In this document: positions 19,961-30,834 of the stretch, in pieces | Layout of the letters: each line of letters begins with the position of its first letter | Numbering within the stretch: the stretch's first letter is position 1 | Origin: a virus | Strand: one strand, 5' to 3' | Virus record (IMG/VR): IMGVR_UViG_3300021964_000047 | Span: 9,208 to 73,207 of that record | DNA length: 64,000 bases | Made by a program: the position numbers and the translations under genes | Notes under the pieces: model-generated | The model's database searches: none | What the model saw: the letters and a program-made list of their open reading frames with translations, nothing else | What the model was told of the DNA's origin: nothing

Positions 19961-21316
19961 ATGCAAACACAAACAGACAACTTTTCCAAGTTCGGTAAGA
20001 GTTTTCAAGAAAAACTATGCCAACTTATGCTTGAGGACAGACCCTTCTGCGATCAAATCACAGAAGTCCTTGATATTCAATTTCTCGAGGTCAAATACCT
20101 TCAAGTTTTTATTCAAACAATTCTTGATTATCGTCACAAATATGGAGTTCATCCTACTTATGAAATACTCGCAACAATCTTCAAGTCTGGCATCACAGAA
20201 CATGATGATGCTGTTCAAAAGCAAGTGCGAGATTATTACACACGAGTCCTCTCCGGAAAGGTCGAGGGTGCTCAATTTGTTAAAGATACGGCAATGGATT
20301 TCTGCCGCAAGCAAGTTCTAAAGCAAGCGATGATGAAATCAGTTGGACTTCTAAAAACATCGTCATTTGACGAAATTTCAAAGGTAATTAATGATGCTCT
20401 TAAACTTGGTTCTGATAACAACTTCGGCCATGACTGGCTGGCTGATTTTGAACGTAGATTCGAGATCAGAGCAAGAAACCCTGTCTCAACAGGATGGGAA
20501 CGAATGGACACCCTCTGTAAGGGTGGTCTTGGGCGTAGCGAACTTGGTGTGGTTATCGCTCCTACTGGCGCTGGTAAATCAATGGTCCTTGTCCATTTAG
20601 GGACCCAAGCACTAAAAGAAGGAAAAACCGTTGTACATTATACTTTAGAATTGGCGGATACCGTTGTCGGTTCTCGCTATGACTCCTGCATGACTGGCAT
20701 TCCGCTTAACGATCTGATGCACAACAAAGAGGAGATCTTTGATGCGATCTCTGATGTTGAAGGCTCGCTCATTGTTAAAGAATATCCCACCAAGTCAGCA
20801 ACAACTCAATCAATCAAAAATCACCTCGAGAAACTTAAAAAGCGAGGTATTCATCCTGATATGGTTATCGTGGATTATGCTGACTTGTTGAGACCAGTCA
20901 GGGGTCAATCCGAAAAGCGACACGAATTAGAGTCGTTATACGAAGAACTCCGTGGTATTGCCCAAACCATGGAATGTCCCATTTGGACCGCTTCACAAAC
21001 CAATAGGTCTGGGCTAAATGCTGAAGTTATTACAATGGAAGCAATCTCGGAGGCATTCAACAAATGCTTTGTCGCAGATTTTATTTTTACTGTGTCTCGA
21101 ACAATCGAGGACAAAAAAGCCAATATGGGTCGTATCTTTGTTGCGAAGAATAGAAATGGTCCCGATGGACTTGTTCTTCCAATCTTCATGGACACAGCGA
21201 ATGTCTGCATAAAGATCCTTGAAGATCAAGACGAGTTGGAAGAACAACGAGCCAACCCTGTCGCTAATGCCAAAGAACACATTAAAAATAAATATTCACA
21301 TTTGTTAAACAAATAA
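19961..21316 (+). CDS. replicative DNA helicase (DnaB/gp41 family)
   Basis: Walker A APTGAGKS, YTLE, IVDYADLL, TASQTNR, KNRNG. Confidence 0.92.
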   Translation: MQTQTDNFSKFGKSFQEKLCQLMLEDRPFCDQITEVLDIQFLEVKYLQVFIQTILDYRHKYGVHPTYEILATIFKSGITEHDDAVQKQVRDYYTRVLSGKVEGAQFVKDTAMDFCRKQVLKQAMMKSVGLLKTSSFDEISKVINDALKLGSDNNFGHDWLADFERRFEIRARNPVSTGWERMDTLCKGGLGRSELGVVIAPTGAGKSMVLVHLGTQALKEGKTVVHYTLELADTVVGSRYDSCMTGIPLNDLMHNKEEIFDAISDVEGSLIVKEYPTKSATTQSIKNHLEKLKKRGIHPDMVIVDYADLLRPVRGQSEKRHELESLYEELRGIAQTMECPIWTASQTNRSGLNAEVITMEAISEAFNKCFVADFIFTVSRTIEDKKANMGRIFVAKNRNGPDGLVLPIFMDTANVCIKILEDQDELEEQRANPVANAKEHIKNKYSHLLNK

Positions 21317-21329
21317 TAGGAGAAACAAC

Positions 21330-23303
21330 ATGTTTAAAATAAGCGAAGTCAATGTTCGCAAATTTAAGCTTTCCGATAATTTCATCGGACAGTATGCGGA
21401 GAAAGAAGTCCCATGGGGACCTGTGGGCTATATTACATTCAAGCGAACCTATGCTCGCCGTTTGAATGAATTCACAGAAGGAGCTGAAGGCACAGAAGAA
21501 TGGTATCAAACCTGTCGTCGTGTTATCGAAGGAATGTTCGATATTCAGAAGCGTCACGTCCATGCTCTTGGTTTAGAATGGAATGATCAGAAAGCCCAAA
21601 GAACCGCAAAGGAAGCATATGACCGTCTTTTCAATCTTAAATGGACACCACCCGGCCGAGGTCTTTGGATGATGGGAACTAAGTTCATTTACGAACGAAC
21701 AGGTGCTGGTCTTTTCAATTGCGCTTTCCGATCAACTCGCGAGATTTCCTCAAAAGGTGGCTACATCTTTGCTTGGATGATGGACGCTCTTATGGTTGGT
21801 ATCGGAGTTGGTTTCGATACACTTGGAGCAGGCACATGTACTATCCGAGAACCAGAATATGTTGAGGACAATTATACTATTTCAGATTCTCGTGAAGGTT
21901 GGGTGAAATCGGTCCAGATTCTTCTCGACGGATTTTTCTTCGGCAAAAAAATTCCCCAATTCGATTACTCCGTCATCCGACCACCCGGAGAGGAAATCAA
22001 AGGATTCGGTGGAACTGCATCGGGATATGGCCCGCTAAAGGAACTTCATGATTCACTTAAAGAACTTTACACGCCGCTTATCGGTAAAGAAATTGATTCG
22101 GTTACAATTGTTGACACTGAAAACCTTATTGGTCGTTGTGTTGTTGCAGGGAATGTACGTCGTTCTGCTGCTCTTGCTTTGGGCCAGCACGATGACATGC
22201 AATATCTTACAATGAAGAACGATCAAGAGAAATTATACTCTCATCGCTGGGGATCAAACAATTCTTTTGAAGCCCGTGTCGGAATGGATTATACTTGGCA
22301 CGCCGCTCAAAGCCAAAAGAACGGAGAACCCGGTTATATCTGGCTTGATAACGCAAGAACTCGAGGCCGAATGAAAGACGGCTATCGTGACGATGATCTT
22401 AAGGTTATGGGCTTCAATCCTTGTGTCGAACAACAATTAGAAGACGGTGAGCTTTGTTGTCTTGTTGAGACTTATCCCGCAAAGCACGATTCTTATGAAG
22501 ATTATCTGAGAACTCTAAAAATTGCATACCTTTACGGAAAGACCGTAACGCTTGCAAATACCCATTGGCCCGAGACCAACGCTCTTATGTTAAAAAATCG
22601 TCGAATTGGTTTGTCACAGACCGGCGTGGTTCAAGCATTCAATAAGTTCGGTCGTCGTGAAATGTATAAGTGGTGCGACAAAGCTTATGATCATGTTAAG
22701 GAACTTGACGAGCAATATTCAGATTGGCTTTGTGTTCCAAGATCAGTTCGAATGACTTCTATTAAGCCATCAGGCACCGTGTCTTTGCTTAATGGATCAA
22801 CTCCCGGCATTCATTTTCCCGAGGACGAATATTATATCCGACGCATTCGCTTCGCGAAAGACTCAAAGCTAATCGAGCCGCTTCGTGAAGCAGGTTATCG
22901 TATCGAGGAGGACAAGTACTCTCCAAACACTCTTTGTGTTGAATTTCCGGTAAAAGAGCCACACTTTTTCAAAGGAAAGCGTGACGTAAGCATGTGGGAG
23001 CAATTGGAGATTGCCGCTCAATATCAGCACTATTGGGCCGATAATTCAGTATCAATCACCGTTACTTTTAAGCCCGAGGAAGCGCACCAAATTAAGGACG
23101 CTTTGGAAATGTATGAGACTCGTCTCAAAGCCGTGTCCTTCCTTCGTTATGAGGAAACCGGATACGAGCAGGCTCCATACGAGCCAATCACCAAAGAACA
23201 ATACGAGGACATGATAAAAAATGTTACCCCAATCCAACGAATTGAGACCAATGAAGGCGGAACGGGAACCAAATTTTGTTCAAATGACACTTGCGAAATA
23301 TAG
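21330..23303 (+). CDS. nrdJ: class II (adenosylcobalamin-dependent) ribonucleotide reductase
   Basis: PPGRGLW, VVAGNVRRSA, NPCVEQ, IKPSGTVS, C-terminal CxxxxC; no small subunit nearby. Confidence 0.9.
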   Translation: MFKISEVNVRKFKLSDNFIGQYAEKEVPWGPVGYITFKRTYARRLNEFTEGAEGTEEWYQTCRRVIEGMFDIQKRHVHALGLEWNDQKAQRTAKEAYDRLFNLKWTPPGRGLWMMGTKFIYERTGAGLFNCAFRSTREISSKGGYIFAWMMDALMVGIGVGFDTLGAGTCTIREPEYVEDNYTISDSREGWVKSVQILLDGFFFGKKIPQFDYSVIRPPGEEIKGFGGTASGYGPLKELHDSLKELYTPLIGKEIDSVTIVDTENLIGRCVVAGNVRRSAALALGQHDDMQYLTMKNDQEKLYSHRWGSNNSFEARVGMDYTWHAAQSQKNGEPGYIWLDNARTRGRMKDGYRDDDLKVMGFNPCVEQQLEDGELCCLVETYPAKHDSYEDYLRTLKIAYLYGKTVTLANTHWPETNALMLKNRRIGLSQTGVVQAFNKFGRREMYKWCDKAYDHVKELDEQYSDWLCVPRSVRMTSIKPSGTVSLLNGSTPGIHFPEDEYYIRRIRFAKDSKLIEPLREAGYRIEEDKYSPNTLCVEFPVKEPHFFKGKRDVSMWEQLEIAAQYQHYWADNSVSITVTFKPEEAHQIKDALEMYETRLKAVSFLRYEETGYEQAPYEPITKEQYEDMIKNVTPIQRIETNEGGTGTKFCSNDTCEI

Positions 23304-23311
23304 GAGGAATA

Positions 23312-23593
23312 ATGTCATTAATACCAGAAAACCGTCATCTATTGGTTATTCCCGTTGAGGAATCACAAGATAGCAATTACGACAGAGTTCAGTTATTAAT
23401 GCCCGACGACTTCAAGCCACCTCAATCATTACATGTAGTGTGCGAGGTGGTGGCCATCGCCAAGGACTCAAAGTTCTATGGCGAGGCCATCGATCGGATT
23501 GTAACTGAAAGAAGAATGCTTCAAGAGATGCAAATTGAAGGCGAAACATACTATTTAGTGTTAGAAAATTATGTTTTTGGGAGAATAACGTGA
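23312..23593 (+). CDS. GroES/Cpn10-like co-chaperonin
   Basis: LIPENRHLLV..LLMP..EVVAI..IEGETYYLVLENYVFG matches the Cpn10 layout; GroEL present in the window. Confidence 0.65.
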   Translation: MSLIPENRHLLVIPVEESQDSNYDRVQLLMPDDFKPPQSLHVVCEVVAIAKDSKFYGEAIDRIVTERRMLQEMQIEGETYYLVLENYVFGRIT

Positions 23594-24156
23594 AACTAAC
23601 AAAACGATTACTCGAGAAAATGATTCGAGAAGCAGTCAAGCAATATGCTGTTGATCCGGACCAATGGATGACACAAAGTCCTTTGGAACCCGGTTATGCA
23701 GGTTTAAAAAACTTAGCTCAATCTGGAGATATTGAAAATATCAATATGGCGAAAGAACTAGGATATACACCTGAAATCACAGGAGATGAAAGAGTCTTTG
23801 GATCAACTGGTGATCCTATCATGCGCTTCATTATTAATCGCACCGAGGATCTCGAAGCAGAACCAGATGAATTTGATTTGCAAATGAAATTTATGATAGG
23901 TTTGAGAGAATTATCTGATAAAATGAAAGAATTGCTAAGAACTGGCAACGACAAAGATTCTAGAGATTTTTATGTTTTTGCTGATAATCTTTATCATAAA
24001 TTGATTAACTTGACTTACGAAGGATACGATGATGGTGTTATTCCCTCAATGAAAGAAGCGATTTATGAAAAATCACCAAAGATCATTGAAATGTTCAGAA
24101 AAAATCATCCAATGGTATATTCCAAAGTTCTCGCTGCTATTAAAGAGATCCAATAA
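23590..24156 (+). CDS. putative head-packaged protein with MKLT leader
   Basis: N-terminus MKLTKRLLEKMIREA shared with neighbours; ACTATTTA upstream. Confidence 0.55.
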   Translation: MKLTKRLLEKMIREAVKQYAVDPDQWMTQSPLEPGYAGLKNLAQSGDIENINMAKELGYTPEITGDERVFGSTGDPIMRFIINRTEDLEAEPDEFDLQMKFMIGLRELSDKMKELLRTGNDKDSRDFYVFADNLYHKLINLTYEGYDDGVIPSMKEAIYEKSPKIIEMFRKNHPMVYSKVLAAIKEIQ

Positions 24157-25143
24157 ATGAAACTAACAAGACGATTACTCGAAAGAATGATTCGAGAAGA
24201 ATATAAACAATATTATATTGCGCCCGAAGGAACACACTTAATGCCGGGTGCTACTTCCGATGAAAGTGGAATTACCATGACGGATGAGAATTATGAAAAA
24301 TTGATGGTTCTTTTGAATTCTGATGATAGAGAAAATGTTGAAATGGGAATAGAATTGGCCGATACTTTGGGTTTTTCCTTACCGCCAACAGAAATCCCAG
24401 ACAATGAAGAATATGAAAAATTTTTTGTTCCCTCGAATGATCCGATTGCTAATTCAGATATTGTTTACGAATGGATATATGACAGGGTTCATAGAGCACC
24501 TCTGTTGGACAAGGACGGGATTGCGGTGAGCCAGTATGAGAGATTAAACCATAAGTGGACCCGGGTGTTAGAGCATCTTTTTAACCTTGTGAGATATCAA
24601 TCACACGATTGGGTTGGCGGCCCACGTGGTCTCTATAAACAAGATAATGAAAACGCTGGCATGAATAAAGAATACTACCAAGAAGCAGCATTAATTGTAG
24701 ATACAATTACAGAACGTTTTGTAAATGCAAAATTTAGGGCCTATGAAGTGCCTATTCGCATCGACCCCGATAAACCGGCTGGTTCACTCCCTCGTAGTAA
24801 TAAATCACTCTCTAGAGAATTGAAAAGTATCTTAAGAGCATTGGCTCAAAGATTACCACGCGGAATGGCGGCATTGGCTTGGATTGTTAAAAATAGACAA
24901 TATCCCCATCGTGGCGACCAGAACCCACGTGATCGCGAAGGCAAAACGATAGCAGATAGAAAAGCGCGCGCCTATAATTTGACATTACCATCGCGCTCCG
25001 ATTATATGCAAGATACATGGTCAGACAAAATTGTCGATGCTTATCGTAGGGCAAAAGCGTTTTTAACGAGAAATCGTGTACCAACATCGACAACAACAAT
25101 GTCAGATAAAACTTGGAAAGATTTACCAACGGAGAAAAAATAA
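24157..25143 (+). CDS. putative head-packaged protein with MKLT leader
   Basis: N-terminus MKLTRRLLERMIREE. Confidence 0.55.
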   Translation: MKLTRRLLERMIREEYKQYYIAPEGTHLMPGATSDESGITMTDENYEKLMVLLNSDDRENVEMGIELADTLGFSLPPTEIPDNEEYEKFFVPSNDPIANSDIVYEWIYDRVHRAPLLDKDGIAVSQYERLNHKWTRVLEHLFNLVRYQSHDWVGGPRGLYKQDNENAGMNKEYYQEAALIVDTITERFVNAKFRAYEVPIRIDPDKPAGSLPRSNKSLSRELKSILRALAQRLPRGMAALAWIVKNRQYPHRGDQNPRDREGKTIADRKARAYNLTLPSRSDYMQDTWSDKIVDAYRRAKAFLTRNRVPTSTTTMSDKTWKDLPTEKK

Positions 25144-25144
25144 A

Positions 25145-25801
25145 ATGAAATTAACAAGACAATTATTAAAAGAAATGGTTCAACAAGTTGTGAGACAAAA
25201 CAAGAAAAGTTTTTTGTTGAACGAATCTTATCAACCTGATCCTTCGCATGCTCAATCGTATGCTGAAATCATGGAAGTTCTTCACGGCATGGGAGCTTCA
25301 TCAATCGGAATTATGTCCGGTCAAAACCCAATGGCAAAGGTCGACCAATCAGCCAATAACGCTCAGCTTCATCAATCTTTAATTCGAGACGTAACAAATC
25401 AAGGTTTGCGTTATATTGAAGTTGGCGGTGTCTTTGGTGGCTTACCAGAAGATTCTTTGGTTATCATTGATCCTTCAATGGACCAAATGGCCGAGCTCAA
25501 TAGAAAATACAAGCAATGGGGCTTCGTATACGGACCAGCACAAGGCGGTCAGTTACCTAGCTTCGTAATGATGAAGATGGATGTTGACGCAAACGATGAA
25601 CATACCCAAAATCCTCCAACTATTGACGCAGGGCCTGTTGAAGAAGTTATTATGCATCCGAGAACAATGGCAATTAAAGACGATTATACTTTTGATATTT
25701 CAAGTAAACAAAAGTTTTTAATTCCTCTTTATGGTGTTCCTGATTCTATTAAGAATACACCAGCTACACCAGTAGGTTCTTCACCAGACATGGAGGTATA
25801 A
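25145..25801 (+). CDS. DUF3293-like protein with MKLT leader
   Basis: MKLTRQLLKEMV..LLNE leader; IMSGQNP..N..L..GGVFG..EDS pattern. Confidence 0.5.
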   Translation: MKLTRQLLKEMVQQVVRQNKKSFLLNESYQPDPSHAQSYAEIMEVLHGMGASSIGIMSGQNPMAKVDQSANNAQLHQSLIRDVTNQGLRYIEVGGVFGGLPEDSLVIIDPSMDQMAELNRKYKQWGFVYGPAQGGQLPSFVMMKMDVDANDEHTQNPPTIDAGPVEEVIMHPRTMAIKDDYTFDISSKQKFLIPLYGVPDSIKNTPATPVGSSPDMEV

Positions 25802-26506
25802 GTGGAATCAATCTATTTATACAACGATGATATCGGGCGAGTTGATTTAATCGATCATATGGGGTCTGACCTCACGATTGTTAACTCTGCCCGAGTTTCT
25901 TTCGGGGTAACCAAAGATCAACTTGATAATCGAGACAAAAAACTTATCAAATATTTGGTTAAGCACCGTCACACGTCGACCTTCGAGCACAACGTCGTTA
26001 CTTTTCGTTTTGTCGTTCCAATGTTTGTGCGATCTCAGCATATGCGTCATAGAACATGGGCCTATAACGAAATATCACGCAGATACACGGATAAGGACCT
26101 TCAGTTTTACACACCGAAGACATTTCGAACGCAGCACGAAACGAACAGGCAAGCATCGAATTTGGATGAAATAAATCCTGTTGTTGTTCCTGATCTCGCA
26201 GACTTCGGAGAAGGAAAAAGAGCGGATTTGGCCGTAAAATCGCATGTTCGCAATTCTTTGGAACTATTTAATACATTGATGAGAGAAGGTGTGTGTCGTG
26301 AGCAAGCGAGAATGGTTTTACCACAAAATCTTTACACCGAATACTACGGCACGGTCAACCTTAATAATCTTCTTAAGTTTGTTAGCCTCCGCAGTCACGC
26401 CGGCGCTCAATGGGAGATCCAACGAGTTGCAGACGCCTGTTTGGAAATTGCGTCAACGCTTTGGCCGGAGGCTGTGGGAGCGTATAGACAAAATGTCGTA
26501 TCATAA
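25802..26506 (+). CDS. thyX: flavin-dependent thymidylate synthase
   Basis: HTSTFEH, RHRTWAYNEISRRY ThyX motif, REQARMVLP, AQWEI. Confidence 0.95.
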   Translation: MESIYLYNDDIGRVDLIDHMGSDLTIVNSARVSFGVTKDQLDNRDKKLIKYLVKHRHTSTFEHNVVTFRFVVPMFVRSQHMRHRTWAYNEISRRYTDKDLQFYTPKTFRTQHETNRQASNLDEINPVVVPDLADFGEGKRADLAVKSHVRNSLELFNTLMREGVCREQARMVLPQNLYTEYYGTVNLNNLLKFVSLRSHAGAQWEIQRVADACLEIASTLWPEAVGAYRQNVVS

Positions 26507-26741
26507 AATCAAATCAGAATTCGAGGTGGGCGACCTTGTTCACCTCGAGGCCTATAATATTGATATCTATACAAATGATAATAAAAAGCTCGCTGTTATC
26601 ATTACCGGACCTAATTATGGTAGATCATTAACTTATGAAGATTGGGAAGTTCTCGATGAACCTATGTATGATATTTTGTGCGAAGGTCGAGTTCAAACAA
26701 ATATCCCACAAAAGTTTTTAGAAAAGGTAACAAAAAAATGA
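26493..26741 (+). CDS. KOW/SH3-like miniprotein
   Basis: FEVGDLV..LAVII..LEKV. Confidence 0.55.
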   Translation: MSYHKIKSEFEVGDLVHLEAYNIDIYTNDNKKLAVIITGPNYGRSLTYEDWEVLDEPMYDILCEGRVQTNIPQKFLEKVTKK

Positions 26742-27436
26742 AATTATTAATGGAAAACTGGAGAACCTTTCTTAAAGAATCAAGAATAACTCTTGATGAT
26801 GTTGCTTTGTATCAAGTCCGTCATGACTCTGGTTTTTATTTCATTTTATATCGTGTCTATAACCATCCGGCAATCCAACGAGATGTTGTGAGTGTTATCG
26901 GGAGAATCACTGTCAGCCCGACTCTCGAACCATGTATTCCAGAAACATATCAAGTAGATTCTATTTATGTTGATAAACCTTATCGCGATATGGGATTCGG
27001 TAGTACGTTATATAATATAGCTTTTCTATTTGCCGATTATAGAAAAATGGGACTAACCTCCGATAAAGTGGTCGGAACCAATAAAAAAGCAGCAGATCAA
27101 TGGCTAAAGTTTGATAACAGATCGAATTATGTAAAAAAAGCAACCTCTCAAGGAAATGATAAATTCGATTATACAGGCCGCGAAACTCCTTTAGATCCAG
27201 ATGATGATTGCTCAATGCCGGCAATGACTCATAAGAATGCCACAGACCACAGTTTTATTAAAACAGATGCTGCTTCTTTCAGAAGCAAATATTTGGAAAT
27301 GCATAAGCTACATCCTGTAAATGTTGATAAAGTTTTAAAAACAAGGATGTTCAGAGACCAAGCAGCATTTGAGAAATATATTGAAAGACAAGCTGAAGAT
27401 GATTTTCAATTAAATTATGCGGATGAACCAGAATAA
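26738..27436 (+). CDS. GNAT-fold acetyltransferase-like protein with MKLLxENWR leader
   Basis: YQVDSIYVDKPYRDMGFGSTLY acetyl-CoA motif A. Confidence 0.6.
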   Translation: MKLLMENWRTFLKESRITLDDVALYQVRHDSGFYFILYRVYNHPAIQRDVVSVIGRITVSPTLEPCIPETYQVDSIYVDKPYRDMGFGSTLYNIAFLFADYRKMGLTSDKVVGTNKKAADQWLKFDNRSNYVKKATSQGNDKFDYTGRETPLDPDDDCSMPAMTHKNATDHSFIKTDAASFRSKYLEMHKLHPVNVDKVLKTRMFRDQAAFEKYIERQAEDDFQLNYADEPE

Positions 27437-27437
27437 A

Positions 27438-29147
27438 ATGAAGTTATTATTTGAAAATTGGAGAAAATACCTTAATGAATCAAAAGACATCGATCTTTTG
27501 CATGATCAGATTTATCGCTATGAAGATATGAGAATCTCATTTGCAAAAAAGATTTCTGATATTCTTTTCTTATATCAAGGCAAGAACTCAATTTCAGGTG
27601 TTGATTTGCAAGATAGAATAACACTTGCTGCGAAGCCAAACACACAAGTTCAATTATCTGATGGTTTTGTTGCAAAGACACCAACACAAGAAGAAATTAA
27701 TTTGTTCAGACAAGAAGCAGAAATGCTATTCGATTCTCTCGAGGCAGACAGAACTAAGATCGCACAAACATATGACACCCTCGCCAAACAATTTGACAAA
27801 TATATTGATTTATTTATTAAACTCACAAACGACTCCGAAGATCAATCTTACGAAGGCCGTCTTGAACACATTCAGGATCTTGTCAAGCAAATAGGTTACG
27901 AAGAAGAGCCAATTTATTCCGAAGAACAACGAGACTTCGTTCAATCTCTTATCGTCAAGCCGCTTAAAGGTACAAAGGACCCAAAGCATCCGTTCCCTGT
28001 TGGTTCTGTCAAAGACAAGAAAATGAAGAAACTTGGTCTTTCGGGGCTTCTCGAGCCTTTGCGAAAGCAATTCAAGCCAACTCGCAACGGCGGCCTTTCA
28101 AAAGGTAAAATCAAAGCTTATAACGATGCTCTTGGAGAGATCTGGGGATCGATGGCCGATTTGGTTCTCAAGCCAACGCACGAAGAAGCAATGGCCAAGC
28201 TGGGACCTGTTGGCGAGTCAATCTTCGCTGGAGATCCTTTGAAATATAAAGTAAGGATTCCTCGAGGACAGAACGTTTTTAAAAGAGAGACAGACAGAGA
28301 GAACTCCGAGTTTATTCCTGTTACTGAATTCACTAAAGACAAATATCAGCTTGCACTCATGCATTATTTTAATCCCAACAACCTTCGAATGAATGCTCAG
28401 TTAGCTGACGAAGGGGCAGATAAATCAGACGCAGAGATTAGAGCTCTGCAAGCACAGCTTGGTACGACAAGCGATCCAATGGAACAGCGTATCATTCAAG
28501 GCCAAATAGCAAGAAAGAAACTTGAACGCAATATGAATCGCAAAAGAGCAAGACTTATACGTAAAGACATGCAAATGTATAAGACTGGCTTCGAAAACAG
28601 AATGGAAGGAAAAGACTCTGCTCTGCCTATTCCTCGACGATATGGTACAGCTCAATATACAGGCTACGGTCAAGCATCCGGATTTGACAATCTTGCGTTC
28701 GGTGGCGCACCAGCCAACATTTACAAAGACACCGGTGTGAAAGGAAGAACTGTTGAGGACGAAGATGATGTTCTTAGAACATTAGAATATTATCTAGATG
28801 AAGTTGGCGGAGAGATTCCAAGCCCAATGCAAGATATCTATAACAGTGCTAGCGATGAAGATAAATATGCTGTTCAATCAATGTTGTTTTTAAATTATGT
28901 TCACACAACCAAAGTTTCAGCGGAGCTCGCCCCAAGAGAACCAGAACCAGCATCACCAACCGGAGGCATTGAGTCTCTTGATGATCTCGACATGGACGAC
29001 CTCGATTATTATATGAACGAACTTAACTTCGCCGATGCTCCTGTCCAAGGAACGGGCGATGATGGTGATATCGATCTTGATGATCCAGAGAACATTGAAT
29101 GGATGGTCGGAGAGATAAATAAAATAATGCAATCGGAGGCAACATAG
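27438..29147 (+). CDS. large putative head-packaged protein with MKLLxENWR leader
   Basis: MKLLFENWRKYLNE leader; acidic C-terminus. Confidence 0.55.
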   Translation: MKLLFENWRKYLNESKDIDLLHDQIYRYEDMRISFAKKISDILFLYQGKNSISGVDLQDRITLAAKPNTQVQLSDGFVAKTPTQEEINLFRQEAEMLFDSLEADRTKIAQTYDTLAKQFDKYIDLFIKLTNDSEDQSYEGRLEHIQDLVKQIGYEEEPIYSEEQRDFVQSLIVKPLKGTKDPKHPFPVGSVKDKKMKKLGLSGLLEPLRKQFKPTRNGGLSKGKIKAYNDALGEIWGSMADLVLKPTHEEAMAKLGPVGESIFAGDPLKYKVRIPRGQNVFKRETDRENSEFIPVTEFTKDKYQLALMHYFNPNNLRMNAQLADEGADKSDAEIRALQAQLGTTSDPMEQRIIQGQIARKKLERNMNRKRARLIRKDMQMYKTGFENRMEGKDSALPIPRRYGTAQYTGYGQASGFDNLAFGGAPANIYKDTGVKGRTVEDEDDVLRTLEYYLDEVGGEIPSPMQDIYNSASDEDKYAVQSMLFLNYVHTTKVSAELAPREPEPASPTGGIESLDDLDMDDLDYYMNELNFADAPVQGTGDDGDIDLDDPENIEWMVGEINKIMQSEAT

Positions 29148-29155
29148 AACTCAAT

Positions 29156-29953
29156 TTGCCAAAGATTGTCCTCGGACGAACAATTAAGTCTCTTCTTTAT
29201 GCTTACAAGAATGAGATTCCAATTATTGTTCATCAACCAATAAAGCCGAGCGATGTTGAGTTCATTGGAAAGAATCATGACTTTGATTTTCTTTGTTTCG
29301 AACGAAAGCCAACTTACGGAGAAGTGTGGGATCGCTTGACCTTTGCTCTCGGAATGGGCGGCTATATGATCGCCCCAGATTTAATAACAAACTTCCGTCA
29401 CGATACCGAAACAAAAACAATAACAATTGTTTCAAAACAAAGTTCTCGATTTATCGTTAAATATCAAGAGGTTATTGAGCCCGATCTCGGAGAAACAGGC
29501 AATGTTTATGTTTATGATTGGTTTGATGTGAGAACAGGCTCAAAAGATTTCCCCGATATAATGAGAGGAGAAGATGATCATCCTCAAAAGTTGGTGTTCT
29601 ATGATTCAAGACGACAGAAGGTTCGCAATGGTTTGAAAGACTTTGTTGCAATCTCGAAGGTCAAAGAAACAAAGCTAAACTCTTGGGATTACAGCGAGGT
29701 CGCTGTTGAATACGCTTGCTATAAGTTATTCAAAAAGCACAATCTCAAAGGCGCACCAAACGGCTACACAAGGCACGGCAAGCAAAGATATTATCCAGTT
29801 AAAATAGAGCATGCTTGGCGCGAGATCAAAAGCGAAATTAAATCTTTACACACATTAGAGGAACTATGCAAAATGAAGCAAAAGGGAAATCACCTGACGA
29901 ACTTAACGACAAACCTTTTCTCGACAACCAAAACTTCCACCTCGCAGGAGTAA
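29156..29953 (+). CDS. hypothetical protein (possible degenerate Rossmann fold)
   Basis: KIVLGRTIKSLLYAY N-terminus; 265 aa. Confidence 0.45.
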   Translation: MPKIVLGRTIKSLLYAYKNEIPIIVHQPIKPSDVEFIGKNHDFDFLCFERKPTYGEVWDRLTFALGMGGYMIAPDLITNFRHDTETKTITIVSKQSSRFIVKYQEVIEPDLGETGNVYVYDWFDVRTGSKDFPDIMRGEDDHPQKLVFYDSRRQKVRNGLKDFVAISKVKETKLNSWDYSEVAVEYACYKLFKKHNLKGAPNGYTRHGKQRYYPVKIEHAWREIKSEIKSLHTLEELCKMKQKGNHLTNLTTNLFSTTKTSTSQE

Positions 29954-30816
29954 TCCCTGTCGCAGGTCATAAGCTTGACTTTGGAATGGAATGGGATGAA
30001 GCCCTTGCTCCAATCTCTCCGAACTATACCTTAATTGAGAACGCTGTCTACGAATGCGCTTGGGCTGGTTGTGATACAATTTGGATTGTCGTGAACGATG
30101 ATATGGCTCCTCTGCTTCGCTATCGTCTTGGAGAGCGAGTCCAAGATCCTATTTATGTCAACAGCAAGTTCGCCAAGATGCCGAGGAACTATCAAAAGCA
30201 TATTCCAATTTTTTATGTTCCTGTTCATCCAAAGGACAGAGATAAAAGAGATTGTCTTGCTTGGTCTGTTATATACGGAGCGGTTACTTGTTTAAAGGTC
30301 TCCGACTTTCTCTCGAAATGGGTCAAGCCAGATAAATATTATGTCTCGTTTCCTTTCTCCGTCTTTTACTCTCCGGACCTCCGAGAACATCGTCGCCGGA
30401 TTAGGTCAAAAGATAACTTCTATGTAACAAAAAATGGATTGTCGGTCGAAGACAACCTCTATGCTTCCTTCACGTTCGGAAAGGAAGAATTCGTTAAATA
30501 TAGGCGAATAATTAGGCAAAAAGGCACTGGAATGTATGACCGCTCAAGTCCCAAGAATGAAATGGGAAGACACACCGTTCCGCTTCCAATTGAACAAAGA
30601 TATTCAGCTCGTCATTTTGATTTGCAAGATGTCTTTATTGACCTCGATCTAAGCGAAGAGAATTCAATGGAGCCTGCTTGGTACTACGATGTTGGCTCGT
30701 GGGAACAATACTGCGAGTTCCTATCGTCCGAGGAAAGTAAAAAAATAAAACGTCCAAATCCAATTGTAATGGGATATCGAGAATTTAACAAAATAGGACT
30801 TGACAATCAGGATTAA
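29866..30816 (+). CDS. NTP-sugar transferase-like protein
   Basis: LAGVIPVAG..LAPI..LIENAVYECAWAGCDTIWIV..YYDVGSW. Confidence 0.6.
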   Translation: MQNEAKGKSPDELNDKPFLDNQNFHLAGVIPVAGHKLDFGMEWDEALAPISPNYTLIENAVYECAWAGCDTIWIVVNDDMAPLLRYRLGERVQDPIYVNSKFAKMPRNYQKHIPIFYVPVHPKDRDKRDCLAWSVIYGAVTCLKVSDFLSKWVKPDKYYVSFPFSVFYSPDLREHRRRIRSKDNFYVTKNGLSVEDNLYASFTFGKEEFVKYRRIIRQKGTGMYDRSSPKNEMGRHTVPLPIEQRYSARHFDLQDVFIDLDLSEENSMEPAWYYDVGSWEQYCEFLSSEESKKIKRPNPIVMGYREFNKIGLDNQD

Positions 30817-30834
30817 ACGTGATATATATTATAT